This document shows, in pieces, positions 39,149-48,849 of a stretch of 64,000 bases of DNA. Both the position numbers and the translations under genes were made by a program. The stretch comes from a virus (Duplodnaviria > Caudoviricetes). The DNA is taken from the IMG/VR virus record IMGVR_UViG_3300027819_000006, one strand, 5' to 3'. Numbering within the stretch: position 1 is the stretch's first letter; each line of letters opens with the position of its first letter. Under the pieces are notes generated by a model that saw nothing but the letters and a program-made list of their open reading frames with translations, was not told where the DNA came from and did no database searches.

Positions 39149-39411
39149 TTAACTATTGTCAAAACCATTATCTCTGACCCATCTTGATGTGCATTCTTTA
39201 TATAATGTCAATTCTATTAAATTAACCCAATTTAAAATTCCAACTGATCCATAAGAACTGTAGATAAATAGTCTAATACTGGAGAAAGTTTAACATTTTT
39301 ATATTTTAAAAAACAGTGTAGTTCAAGCACTAACTCATTCAGTCTTTCATCGTCTAAATTGTAAATAAAATTGTCAAAAACTTCTTTGGTGGAGCTAAAT
39401 TTATAGTTCAT
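39149..39411 (-). pseudogene. frameshifted paralogue of 38064..38321
   Basis: MNYKF...DDERLNELVLEL in one frame, LIELTLYKECTSRW in another. Confidence 0.45.
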
Positions 39412-39671
39412 TTTAACATCTCCAAAGCTTTTTTAGTTGCTTTAATAGCTTGTTCGTAAGCAGCAATTTTCACTTCTAACTCTATTTCGTCAGCAAAATA
39501 TTTTGTTCCATGTGTAGATAAGATTAAAACAGTCTTATTCTTATGTCTTGCAACATATCCTTTATAGTCACATTCCCATCCGCTCCATAATATAGGAAAT
39601 TCATACAATATTTCTATATTATCATCTTTGTTCACATATTTTAATTTAGAATAACTTCTCATGTTGCTCAT
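39408..39671 (-). CDS. hypothetical phage protein
   Basis: LWSGWECD motif; coupled starts and stops. Confidence 0.65.
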   Translation of the reverse strand: MSNMRSYSKLKYVNKDDNIEILYEFPILWSGWECDYKGYVARHKNKTVLILSTHGTKYFADEIELEVKIAAYEQAIKATKKALEMLK

Positions 39672-40285
39672 ATGTCAATAAACTCTAACTCATTCAAGCA
39701 TATAAACTTACAATTTTTCAAAGTCCATTCTCTACACTGATGATGATGACCAAAAACCCACAACCTGGGCTGATGAGCATCAAACATGTTGGTTAGAAGA
39801 TTCCTTGTCAAACTCTTGTCATCAAAATGATGACTTATCATACCTTCTAAAGCTTGCTGAGGACAGTCATGAGACAGAACAATTGAAGGCTTTGTCTTGA
39901 CATATAGATCAAAACAATCTATAGCTTGCTGATAATTTAGTTCTTCATTTCTCCACCAAGATTTATCTTCTGTTCTAAGATGCTTATCTATACTTAAAGC
40001 ACCGCTGACATAAAAGAAATCTGTGTTTCCAACATTTGCATTTCCATATCGGCCAAGATAGAAGCTTCCAAGAATATCAAGATCATCTTGAGAATCGTGA
40101 TTTCCACAGAAAAATTTATGATCATCAAAATTGAAATCAAGCAGAGCATTATTCTTATACTGTAGCAGCTCTAAATATGTTTTCTTGAATCCCATGTCTC
40201 CGATCTGTACAGAATTATTTGCTCCACAGACTAAAAATATGTAACCTTCGACTTTTGCATGCACATCGCCTACCACGCGGAGCAT
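39668..40285 (-). CDS. calcineurin-like metallophosphoesterase
   Basis: GDVH, GDMG, GNHD, SHDCP, GHHH. Confidence 0.9.
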   Translation of the reverse strand: MLRVVGDVHAKVEGYIFLVCGANNSVQIGDMGFKKTYLELLQYKNNALLDFNFDDHKFFCGNHDSQDDLDILGSFYLGRYGNANVGNTDFFYVSGALSIDKHLRTEDKSWWRNEELNYQQAIDCFDLYVKTKPSIVLSHDCPQQALEGMISHHFDDKSLTRNLLTNMFDAHQPRLWVFGHHHQCREWTLKNCKFICLNELEFIDI

Positions 40286-40512
40286 TATAGACCTTTCATG
40301 AGCTCTTTTAACAGAGCTGGGTGATCTTTAAGAATATCTTTTGCTTGATTGAACTTATCTTCACCTAATACTTTCAGATCATCCAAAGATCTTACTTTTA
40401 ACAAGTCAATGAAAGAATCATTTAGCAATTTCTTAAGTTTCAATACAGCATATATTTCTGACATAGTAACCATTTTTATTCTCCTCCTGACGAACCAGAG
40501 TCTGATGATCAT
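40285..40512 (-). CDS. hypothetical protein
   Basis: ORF track. Confidence 0.5.
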   Translation of the reverse strand: MIIRLWFVRRRIKMVTMSEIYAVLKLKKLLNDSFIDLLKVRSLDDLKVLGEDKFNQAKDILKDHPALLKELMKGL

Positions 40513-40925
40513 GAGTCGCTTGAACTTCCGTTGTCGCTAGATGAAGAGCTATCAGAACTATAATCTGAAGAAGAGCTCTGATCTTGCTGAGATGAATCAT
40601 CTTTATCCCAAGAGCTAGATGCTCCTGCTCCAGAAAATTCTCCATCTTCCGGAACAATATTATCTACTGCTGCTGGCTGATCATTATTCTGTTGACTTGA
40701 AAGTAGTTCCGCCAGAACAATTGTGCTCAGCAATGAACTAGAATCATCTTCTTTAACTACTGTATTAGCTCTTTTGTCTTCTGATCTATTAAGATTATAC
40801 TGAGTTTTCAAAGCTTTAAATCTGTTCCTATCTACATCACTCAATTCAATATTAGGTGGTGTATCTACTGATCTGTCAACTTTTTTCTTCCAGAACTTTA
40901 AAAATTCAAACATGTTAATCTCCAT
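40509..40925 (-). CDS. protein with Ser/Asp-rich tail and GEFSGAGASSSW motif
   Basis: translation. Confidence 0.65.
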   Translation of the reverse strand: MEINMFEFLKFWKKKVDRSVDTPPNIELSDVDRNRFKALKTQYNLNRSEDKRANTVVKEDDSSSLLSTIVLAELLSSQQNNDQPAAVDNIVPEDGEFSGAGASSSWDKDDSSQQDQSSSSDYSSDSSSSSDNGSSSDS

Positions 40926-41184
40926 TAAAAATTGTCAAGCACCTGTCTCCACCCATTTCAAATTTTCTACATGCTATAGGTCTGCTCTCATGAATTGTAC
41001 ATAGACCGTCTTTGAAAGCTATACAGTCACCATTTTTCTTCTTTTTCAGAATACATATTTTTAAAAAATGATTCTTCTCAATCATCTCTTCTGGAATGTT
41101 CTTATCTGCAAATGGAGCTAATTGGATGTATAATCTATTAGACTTGCAGCATTTGCCACCACACTGCTCACATAGAGTTTTCAT
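40915..41184 (-). CDS. YkgJ-family Cys-cluster (Zn/Fe-chelating) protein
   Basis: CEQCGGKCC...CIAF...CTIHESRPIACRKF. Confidence 0.8.
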   Translation of the reverse strand: MKTLCEQCGGKCCKSNRLYIQLAPFADKNIPEEMIEKNHFLKICILKKKKNGDCIAFKDGLCTIHESRPIACRKFEMGGDRCLTIFNGD

Positions 41185-41334
41185 TCAGATTCCATAGAAA
41201 CAAAAATATCATAACCCACTATAAAAAATAAAGCTGTTGTAGGAATCGCTGCAAATATAGGGTGAAAATTTTCACAAATAGCAGCAACTAAAAGACTTGT
41301 CAGTCCTACAACAATAATGTTATAATAAATCCTT

Positions 41335-41535
41335 TCACACATCTGAATACTCCTTTCTCGATTTTTCTGCTAGTTCACATATCATTTGTTCTACATATTG
41401 AGAATATGACTTGTTTACTATAACAATAGCTTTTCTCAATCCTTTTATTTCATCATAAGAAGCAGTTAGACCAAGTATCACTTCTCTATTTATATTGTCG
41501 ATGATCATTTGAACTAATGTATCTTCTTGGCACAT
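41335..41535 (-). CDS. hypothetical protein
   Basis: ORF track. Confidence 0.5.
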   Translation of the reverse strand: MCQEDTLVQMIIDNINREVILGLTASYDEIKGLRKAIVIVNKSYSQYVEQMICELAEKSRKEYSDV

Positions 41536-41648
41536 AGAAATTATTCCTCCACTGTAATTTCTGAATATTTAGAAGCTCCAATACAAACACCATAAATATA
41601 ACATAAAAGAATATCTTGCAGTGAAGGCTCTATATATTATTTCGATTT

Positions 41649-41852
41649 TTAAAAAGAAACATATTTTTTGTTAATTCTATCAAGAAATGTATTTGCTTCT
41701 TCTAAAAATGTTATTGCTCTGCTAGCATTCGAAAAATAATAATTATGATCATAGAAGTCATCTTGATTTTTTGGAGTATTTTCTTTGTTTATGCTATTGA
41801 TAATGTTTTTTATGTTATCAATATGGCTGATAATCTGATCTTCACTTAGCAT
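41649..41852 (-). CDS. hypothetical protein
   Basis: ORF track. Confidence 0.5.
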   Translation of the reverse strand: MLSEDQIISHIDNIKNIINSINKENTPKNQDDFYDHNYYFSNASRAITFLEEANTFLDRINKKYVSF

Positions 41853-41865
41853 TGTAGTATAACCT

Positions 41866-42120
41866 TTAAAGTTTAAATACTTTTGTAATTTTAATTAGAT
41901 CAATGTCTCCACCTACTCCCCAAGTTTCCCATCCTTCGAGAGTGGTAGCTTTTTCATAAACATTCATATATGTGCCCTCAAAATACCCGAGAGTTGGCTG
42001 ATGCTGTGATCCACTGAAATCACAATTAGAATCTTCACCTTTTACAATCCAAGTTCCATAAATATGAGGCTGATACTTATGTATATGAACAATCTTTCCA
42101 TCTATAAATTTACGTTCCAT
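41866..42120 (-). CDS. conserved phage hypothetical protein
   Basis: GTWIVKGED..CDF.G..HQPTLGYFEG motif. Confidence 0.6.
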   Translation of the reverse strand: MERKFIDGKIVHIHKYQPHIYGTWIVKGEDSNCDFSGSQHQPTLGYFEGTYMNVYEKATTLEGWETWGVGGDIDLIKITKVFKL

Positions 42121-42135
42121 TATAATAACCTTTCT

Positions 42136-42639
42136 TTATTTAATTCCCGCTATCAATTCCTTATATCTTTCATAAAGAACTGGACCCCATTCTTGAGCAC
42201 TCTTTTCTGCATCTGCTTCTTTCGGGTTATGATAATATGTAGAGTTAAAATGCTTTGAATAATCCTGCTGAGAAATATTATGCATGATAGTTGGAATACT
42301 GAAATGCATATCAAACTGAATAACATGCTGAAGTTCATGAGCAAGAATATGAAAGAAAGCAGAAAATCTATTAACTTCCATATACAGATCTACCATTCTC
42401 CAAACATGTTCTTTGTTTCCGAGTTTATCAACAATGTCGATCTGAAAAGGAGAGATTGTAACCTTACGTTTTGTATATGATCTACGATACCTTCCTGCAA
42501 TATGCTTGAGTTTACCGTCCATAGCAATAATGAAACTGCTTTTAATCTTGTCTCCGTAAAACTCTTCAACAATTTGCTTGATGTAATCAGGATTGAAACC
42601 ATACTTTATAACATTTTTTATTGTAACTTCCATTTTCAA
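42136..42639 (-). CDS. SprT-like HExxH metalloprotease
   Basis: AHELQHVIQ...NPKEADA. Confidence 0.7.
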   Translation of the reverse strand: MKMEVTIKNVIKYGFNPDYIKQIVEEFYGDKIKSSFIIAMDGKLKHIAGRYRRSYTKRKVTISPFQIDIVDKLGNKEHVWRMVDLYMEVNRFSAFFHILAHELQHVIQFDMHFSIPTIMHNISQQDYSKHFNSTYYHNPKEADAEKSAQEWGPVLYERYKELIAGIK

Positions 42640-42681
42640 AGCTCCTGATTAATTTTTGAAAATGTTTATTTTGTATAATAT

Positions 42682-42710
42682 AATATAAACAATTTGCTTC
42701 AAAATGTAAA
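42682..42710 (-). promoter_or_regulatory. early-type promoter TTTACA-N17-TATATT
   Basis: one of seven copies. Confidence 0.7.
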
Positions 42711-42713
42711 GGT

Positions 42714-42968
42714 TTATTGTGAATCTTCTACAATTTCTTGTTCAACTTCAATTGTATCAATATCTTTTAAACGTACATAGAATGGATTGCCAAGAAATTC
42801 ATCGTTTTCTTGATCTCTACCAGTAAGGAAAACCCATTCTGAATTCACATCAATTCCTAAAAATATGTAATTATGCCAATCACTTCTACTATCTTTCCAA
42901 GTAATTATTACATTTTCTCCAACTGGCCAAAAATTGTTCTCTATAGAGACTGTATCAATCTTATACAT
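42714..42968 (-). CDS. hypothetical protein
   Basis: ORF track. Confidence 0.55.
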   Translation of the reverse strand: MYKIDTVSIENNFWPVGENVIITWKDSRSDWHNYIFLGIDVNSEWVFLTGRDQENDEFLGNPFYVRLKDIDTIEVEQEIVEDSQ

Positions 42969-42991
42969 TTTTGTTTACTCTTTCTTTGTTT

Positions 42992-43180
42992 TCACCAATT
43001 GTAATATTCAACAAATTCAAGAGCTTCTGTAAGCTTTGTAAATATTTTAAGTTCATTGTTTTTCTTAACTTCAAAACCATCTTGAATCTTTTTGATAAAA
43101 GAGAATTTTGAAAATGTCATAATCTTTCCAGCTGCAGCTGTTTTAAACTTATTGATCTGATGCATTGTGTGATTTTCCAT
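42992..43180 (-). CDS. hypothetical protein
   Basis: AAGGAG RBS after promoter. Confidence 0.6.
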   Translation of the reverse strand: MENHTMHQINKFKTAAAGKIMTFSKFSFIKKIQDGFEVKKNNELKIFTKLTEALEFVEYYNW

Positions 43181-43207
43181 TTTGTTCTCCTTTATTTTGT
43201 ATAGTTA

Positions 43208-43236
43208 AATATAAACAATCTATGTTCAAAAGTAAA
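43208..43236 (-). promoter_or_regulatory. early-type promoter TTTACT-N17-TATATT
   Basis: 36-nt identity with the copy at 33346. Confidence 0.75.
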
Positions 43237-43248
43237 GGAGAATTTGAA

Positions 43249-43968
43249 CTATTTATATTTAATCAGAGGATTAACCTGCTCTACTGTATCTTGTGCATTA
43301 TCTGCTCCAGCAGGTTCTTTATCTTCCAAATTTTCTTTAAACTCGTTGATCACGTCTTGAATGAAGTCATGTCTTGCTTCTCTGTAATTCTTTAAACAGT
43401 CTTCGCACATTACATAACCAGCATATACATCTTCATGTTCAATTCTTGGTTTCTTGTCCAGCATTACAGACTCAATAAAATACTTCACACAACACTGAGG
43501 ATAAGAAAATAAAATTCCCAACCACATCTCTCTTTCATTTGTTCTATCAATTTCATTTAATACTCTATTTGCAGCATGAGCACAGTCTAAATCTTTGATA
43601 CCTGTCCAGATGTCATCAACTATCTTTCCATCGCAGACATCTTTAAAGTACTTTTTATAATCTTTGATCTCAGAATCTTTGAATATCTCAGAACACTTGA
43701 TGTCAGGAGCCAAGAATATCTCAAATAGATGTGTATCCCATTCTTCATCTTCATCTGCTTCATAAAATTCTTCATTCTCTACTGTCTGTAACCCAAACAT
43801 CTTTGCCAATTCCATGATCTCATGCTTCTCATTGTAATAGCAAAATAGTTCTGGAGGATAGTCTTCATCAATAGCTACTTCAGAAGATACTAGAGTGACT
43901 AGCTTGTTGCCATTGAGAACTTTGATGATATTGGTATAGTCAACTTTGTCGATGTAGTCTGTGAACAT
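43249..43968 (-). CDS. hypothetical protein with G.L.SYPQCC motif (DUF483-like)
   Basis: LGILFSYPQCCVKYF...GYVMCEDC. Confidence 0.55.
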   Translation of the reverse strand: MFTDYIDKVDYTNIIKVLNGNKLVTLVSSEVAIDEDYPPELFCYYNEKHEIMELAKMFGLQTVENEEFYEADEDEEWDTHLFEIFLAPDIKCSEIFKDSEIKDYKKYFKDVCDGKIVDDIWTGIKDLDCAHAANRVLNEIDRTNEREMWLGILFSYPQCCVKYFIESVMLDKKPRIEHEDVYAGYVMCEDCLKNYREARHDFIQDVINEFKENLEDKEPAGADNAQDTVEQVNPLIKYK

Positions 43969-43982
43969 TAGAAAATCCTTTC

Positions 43983-46289
43983 TTATATTGTTGGTTTGTG
44001 AAAAATTAATAGCTTTTCTTCATGAGTCTTTTTAATTTTAGAGAAATGAGAACCTTGAGAAGATATGACAAAAACATCTTTTAATTTAAATCCTACTTGT
44101 TCATATATTTTAATAAAATCATTTGACAATTTATTCGATACTACTAAAATACATAACTGAGGGTCTAAATTTAATTTGCTATAAATGTTAATTGCTGTTT
44201 TTCTGACATATTTATCTAGCCAGTTTTCATATGTTTTATAATTTTCAGCAATATCGTAATCATAAGTTTCTGTATTCCAATATGGAGGACATGTAAATGA
44301 AAAATTTATATCTTTGTTAAGTTCTAAATTTTCAGATTTTTCAGAATACATTTCAACATTTGTATCCTCTAATGTTTTAACTAGCAACTGATTGTTTTTG
44401 AAAGTTTCTGTATCAGGATCTGTGCCAATATAATATGAATTATTAACTACTTTAGAAGACAAGTATCGAGACCCAAACCCCATAGACGGATCATATATGT
44501 ATAACTTATCAAATTTATCTTCATATTCTTTCAAAAATAGTTTATAAACCATAGAAGCTAAATTTGGTTTAAAAAAAGACACTGATTTTTGTTTAACGAT
44601 TAAACCTCTAATTATATTTTTCACAGATATATCAAATGTTTCTTTAGTATTTATAATATCACCATTTCTAAGAGTATAAGAATACATTTTAGAATTATTA
44701 ACTCCACATCTATATATAATACTTTCCATCATGTCTTTATCATTTTCAAACATTTCTATTACTGATTTGCAATTATTTCTTTTACAGTTATAAAAATTAG
44801 CAAAATGATGTTTTAATTCTTTACAACCAAAATTATTATAATTTTTTATTATTTTGTCTTCTATATCTATATATTTTTCTAATTTTGTATTTGAAAATGT
44901 ATTTATATGGTCATTTATAATTTCTCTAGTCATCAATTGTTGTTTATATGGAAATTGTGGAAAAAATGCTCGTACATATTCTAATATAGACGGAGCATAA
45001 TTCATTATTACCTGTCGTTCGTAATCAGTATTTTTAAGTTTAGATTTTAGAAGTTTCTCTTTTGTCATGAATATGTTGTTAATATCCTGTATAATATCTA
45101 AATATGGAGATTGTTTTATTACATTTCCATATTCATCTTGATAATAATAAGATATATCTTCTAGATCTTTTATATCTCTTATGATAAAATTTTCTAATTC
45201 TCTGGTTTTATTGTCTAATATTCTAAATATTTTTCTTTTTATTAGAATAGCTTCTTTGTTTTTTTCATAATCATTTGTAATTCTATTATAGAAAATAGTA
45301 GAATCTTTTATTGGTATATGGAAAATTCCATCAATTTCTACTATACAATTAAATTTCTCTATAATAAAATCCCATCTATTTATTCTGTTAACTCCTTCAT
45401 ATTTTTGTTCTAAAAAATCAATATTAGAGTGTATTAGTATATTTCTAAATCTTTCTTCAGATTTATAACTCTTTTTCCAGATAAAATTTGCATTTACTTT
45501 ATCAATATTTTCCGATTTTAATTTATTTGTATGCTGAGAAGTTATTTGAGCTCTTGGAAATCTAATTTTAAATTCTTCTATAGTAATGTTATGTTTAAGA
45601 TTAAGATGTTTATTATTTATATGAAGAAGTTTTATATTACACAAAGGACATTCTATTCCATATTGTTCTATGAGTTTAAGTTTTTCTATTTCACCAGCTC
45701 TTAAAAATATATTTTCTTTTTCTTTGTCATATTCATTTATATAATCTACTGTATCTATATGATGAAAACTACCCAGATGTGTTCCAAAAGACTCTTTAAG
45801 GGTTTCAATTGAATCAGCAGAAAAATCTTTAGTACATATTTTACATGTGTAGTTGAATTCTTTTTTAATACTATTTAAATATTCTTTTTTGTCTAATATA
45901 TCAAAATATTCTTTTACATTGTTTTCATTTACTTTTATAATTGCGATTTGTATACAATTGTGATTTTTATGTTGAGAAAGAGCTCCACCAACATTGCTGT
46001 CAGATATAAAATCACAATATTTGCATTTCCATAATTGTTCTTTCAATTTCAAAGCTTCACTAGATCTATTTTTTCTATATTCTCTATATTCTTCATCTTT
46101 AAATTTACAACTATTAGAACAATATACTCTGCTACTATGTATTATATTCGGACATATTTTACATTTTATTCCAAATTTCTCTATTTCATAATCATGTAAA
46201 GAAATCAAATGTTTCATAGACATATGATATGATAAAGATTTATTATTAAAACATTCTTTTTTGCAATCATCAAATGGGCATATTTCCAT
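43983..46289 (-). CDS. C2H2 zinc-finger repeats, DUF559-like nuclease and amino-type DNA methyltransferase fusion
   Basis: multiple CxxC..HxxxxH; WDFIIEKFNCIVEIDG; YDPSMGFGSR (motif I), FTCPPY (motif IV). Confidence 0.72.
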   Translation of the reverse strand: MEICPFDDCKKECFNNKSLSYHMSMKHLISLHDYEIEKFGIKCKICPNIIHSSRVYCSNSCKFKDEEYREYRKNRSSEALKLKEQLWKCKYCDFISDSNVGGALSQHKNHNCIQIAIIKVNENNVKEYFDILDKKEYLNSIKKEFNYTCKICTKDFSADSIETLKESFGTHLGSFHHIDTVDYINEYDKEKENIFLRAGEIEKLKLIEQYGIECPLCNIKLLHINNKHLNLKHNITIEEFKIRFPRAQITSQHTNKLKSENIDKVNANFIWKKSYKSEERFRNILIHSNIDFLEQKYEGVNRINRWDFIIEKFNCIVEIDGIFHIPIKDSTIFYNRITNDYEKNKEAILIKRKIFRILDNKTRELENFIIRDIKDLEDISYYYQDEYGNVIKQSPYLDIIQDINNIFMTKEKLLKSKLKNTDYERQVIMNYAPSILEYVRAFFPQFPYKQQLMTREIINDHINTFSNTKLEKYIDIEDKIIKNYNNFGCKELKHHFANFYNCKRNNCKSVIEMFENDKDMMESIIYRCGVNNSKMYSYTLRNGDIINTKETFDISVKNIIRGLIVKQKSVSFFKPNLASMVYKLFLKEYEDKFDKLYIYDPSMGFGSRYLSSKVVNNSYYIGTDPDTETFKNNQLLVKTLEDTNVEMYSEKSENLELNKDINFSFTCPPYWNTETYDYDIAENYKTYENWLDKYVRKTAINIYSKLNLDPQLCILVVSNKLSNDFIKIYEQVGFKLKDVFVISSQGSHFSKIKKTHEEKLLIFHKPTI

Positions 46290-46333
46290 AATATTTTATC
46301 CTCCAAATAGGTTGATTATTATATTTACTATTT

Positions 46334-46343
46334 AATAAATATA
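46334..46343 (-). promoter_or_regulatory. putative late promoter variant (TATATTTATT)
   Basis: downstream of MCP terminator, upstream of fusion gene. Confidence 0.4.
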
Positions 46344-46399
46344 TTTAAGTTTATAAATTGTAATCCTTATTTAAGGATAAAATATTATAAATTTGTGTA

Positions 46400-46435
46400 T
46401 AAAAATATAGGGCCATATAAAAATATGACCCTATA
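46400..46435 (-). terminator. intrinsic terminator after major capsid gene
   Basis: 13-bp stem UAUAGGGUCAUAU/AUAUGGCCCUAUA plus U tract. Confidence 0.8.
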
Positions 46436-46457
46436 AATTGATATAACTTATTATTTA

Positions 46458-48197
46458 TTATACACTTGAGGGTGAACCTAAAAATCCGAGATCCGACACT
46501 GTAACTGTCCCATAATAGTCTGCTCTGACCATGGCTAGAGCCGATCTTTGCATAACGCCTTTCCGTGGAGTAAAGTCATTTGGCTCGAATATTGTCGGTG
46601 TAACAATTAACGGTACATAGGGTGCATATACGAATCCTGCATCTAGTGCTCCCGAACCCTTATACCCTAACAGAATCTTATTGACTGGGAAATAAGGATC
46701 TTTGTATACAGTAAATCTATTTACAAGTGTTCCAACTTTCTCAATACCAAGACTATATTGAACCTCTGAAGGGTCAAATGTAGCATTTGGTTTGAATGTA
46801 GCAATGCTTTCAATAATTGAGCAGACATCTGGAGATGTTACCATCCAGTTTGCACCTGATCTCATATTTCTCTTGTGGATCTCATTGCTTACAGTTGTAA
46901 CAGTTTCGCCTAATGTTTGATACCATTCTTGCTGAGTTCCGAAGAATGCTTGATAGGTGAATGATGTATTTGCAGAACCAGCAGGAATTACTGTAGAAAC
47001 TACATCATTAGCATTCCATTTTACATATCTACCGATAACTCTTGACCATGCAGCTCTTACTGCGGCACCTGAAAGTAGCATTGCAAGAATATTTCTGTCT
47101 ATTTCTGTGGTGATTACTTCAGATAGAATTGTTGTCAATTCTACTTCTGCATCAAGAGCATGATAGGCATTTAGATCTTGTGCTAGTTCAGGAGTCCAGA
47201 TAGCTTTTAGTTTTCTTGTCTCAGCATTTACAGCAATTGAAGAAACTGATATATTGATTTCTGGAATTGCAGATGTTGATTCAAAATCACCTAAACTATT
47301 TGAGCCAGAGTCTACTGACACAACAGTTCTTCCTGGACCAACTATTACTCCTGCAGTTACTGAACCGTCAGACCATGATTTGTCTGGTCCTGGCCAGTTT
47401 GCATTAGGTCTCTTTAAGAATACTTGGATTAGAGCTCCTGTTAGTACAGTCATTGTATGATCCATGTCTCCGAAGAAAGATCCACCTGTTAGTGAGTGCA
47501 GAGCTCTTAGAGTTCTGAATGTTTTTGTACCATCTTCATTTAGCTCACCAGATGCAGCACCTCTGATTTCCATAAGAGAACCAATATCTGTTGCAGCTGA
47601 AGAAGCTAGTGTAAAGTTATAGCCTGAAACAGTTACAGAACCTAACATTTCTGAAGTAGCTGTTACACCAGAGTATGTAGGAGCTGCTGTAGATAGAAGA
47701 AACATTCTTTTTGAATAACCAGTTTGCATGTTGTAGAATCCACCGGATGCGTTCTGTTCACCTACGGCATGTAACTGTGCATTATTATTTGGAGGACCAT
47801 TTTCAAAGTTACCATAGACAGATCCACCACCAGTGAATCCTGCTCTTGTACGATCAAATTTGAAATCAAGATAGAAAATCAAACCTGATGGCAAGCTCAT
47901 CGGTTGTACAGATACTAGTTCGTTGGCTAATAGCTGTCCGAATACTCTTCTTACTAGTGGGAATGCAATCTTTTGAAAGTTTGCGATATCTCCAACTTGC
48001 GAAGCAGATTCGTTCATGGTTCTTCTTAGTTCAATTGCTTGGTTTTCAAGCAATCTTGCCATAATAGGAACTTTGTTGTCAGGTAGCTTTTTTAGCAGTC
48101 CTGTTCTTGACCATTTGGCAACGAGTCTTTTTGCTTCCTCGTTCATGTTTCTTTCATGATGGTCTCTAGTCATTTCTAGAATAAGTTTGTCGTTCAT
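46458..48197 (-). CDS. gp23: major capsid protein (T4 gp23-like)
   Basis: RLLENQ, LVRR...LANELVSVQPM..PSGLIFY, AETRKLKA.WT.ELAQDL, FVYAPYVPL, F.PRKGVM.R. Confidence 0.97.
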   Translation of the reverse strand: MNDKLILEMTRDHHERNMNEEAKRLVAKWSRTGLLKKLPDNKVPIMARLLENQAIELRRTMNESASQVGDIANFQKIAFPLVRRVFGQLLANELVSVQPMSLPSGLIFYLDFKFDRTRAGFTGGGSVYGNFENGPPNNNAQLHAVGEQNASGGFYNMQTGYSKRMFLLSTAAPTYSGVTATSEMLGSVTVSGYNFTLASSAATDIGSLMEIRGAASGELNEDGTKTFRTLRALHSLTGGSFFGDMDHTMTVLTGALIQVFLKRPNANWPGPDKSWSDGSVTAGVIVGPGRTVVSVDSGSNSLGDFESTSAIPEINISVSSIAVNAETRKLKAIWTPELAQDLNAYHALDAEVELTTILSEVITTEIDRNILAMLLSGAAVRAAWSRVIGRYVKWNANDVVSTVIPAGSANTSFTYQAFFGTQQEWYQTLGETVTTVSNEIHKRNMRSGANWMVTSPDVCSIIESIATFKPNATFDPSEVQYSLGIEKVGTLVNRFTVYKDPYFPVNKILLGYKGSGALDAGFVYAPYVPLIVTPTIFEPNDFTPRKGVMQRSALAMVRADYYGTVTVSDLGFLGSPSSV

Positions 48198-48241
48198 TTG
48201 TTGCTGTCTCCTGAGTTTATTTTAGTCTCCCTTTATTTAGA

Positions 48242-48499
48242 CTAAAGTTGTTTATGTACTGCTTTTTGAAGTGTTTTACCTATTTCTTCTAAATGCTCGC
48301 CTATTTCTAAAATATATTCTGCATCTTCCTCGCTTATTGAGCTAACTTGTTGAAAATACATATCAAAACCTATAATATCTTTATCTATTTCCATCAGTTT
48401 TTGAAGTTTATTTTTGGTTGTGACAGAACTTTCATTTTCTAAAAGTTGGTTAGATTTTATTTCTTCTTTAATCAATTTTCTTAGTTGTTTTATAGTCAT
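48242..48499 (-). CDS. small head-associated protein with MTIKQLRKLIKEE leader
   Basis: shared N-terminal motif. Confidence 0.7.
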   Translation of the reverse strand: MTIKQLRKLIKEEIKSNQLLENESSVTTKNKLQKLMEIDKDIIGFDMYFQQVSSISEEDAEYILEIGEHLEEIGKTLQKAVHKQL

Positions 48500-48505
48500 T
48501 GAAAT
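48462..48505. repeat. 44-nt exact direct repeat (second copy 49044-49087) encoding MTIKQLRKLIKEE
   Basis: direct comparison. Confidence 0.9.
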
Positions 48506-48540
48506 TGAAATTTCCTTATTCAGACTAAAGTTGTTTTTGT

Positions 48541-48849
48541 TTATTTTAGTAAATTCTTTACTTTGATTTTGAAATTATTACCTTTTGATACTTCTTTTAT
48601 TAAATCTGTTATTTGCTCTGCTGCATAATTAGATGCAGCTCCTGGAGTATATACATTTTTACCAACATCTCTTGCTAACATTTCGTGAAGAATTAGAGCA
48701 ACATTTTCTAATGCTATGTCTAAATCATCAAATATTTTTGTGCTTATTTCTTCTTTAATAATTTTTTTCAATTCTGTTTTTGTTATAGTCATTGTATCTC
48801 TATTTATTAAAATGGCTTGTATATCTTTTAAGAAAAGATATTGCACCAT
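48541..48849 (-). CDS. small protein with MTITKTELKKIIKEE leader (start probably internal Met)
   Basis: shared motif. Confidence 0.65.
   Translation of the reverse strand: MVQYLFLKDIQAILINRDTMTITKTELKKIIKEEISTKIFDDLDIALENVALILHEMLARDVGKNVYTPGAASNYAAEQITDLIKEVSKGNNFKIKVKNLLK

Noticed and set aside
42153-42602. Nested minus-strand ORFs 42153..42344 and 42390..42602 (also 10899, 14278, 21912, 32714, 40433)
   Set aside because: Alternative frames inside better-supported genes
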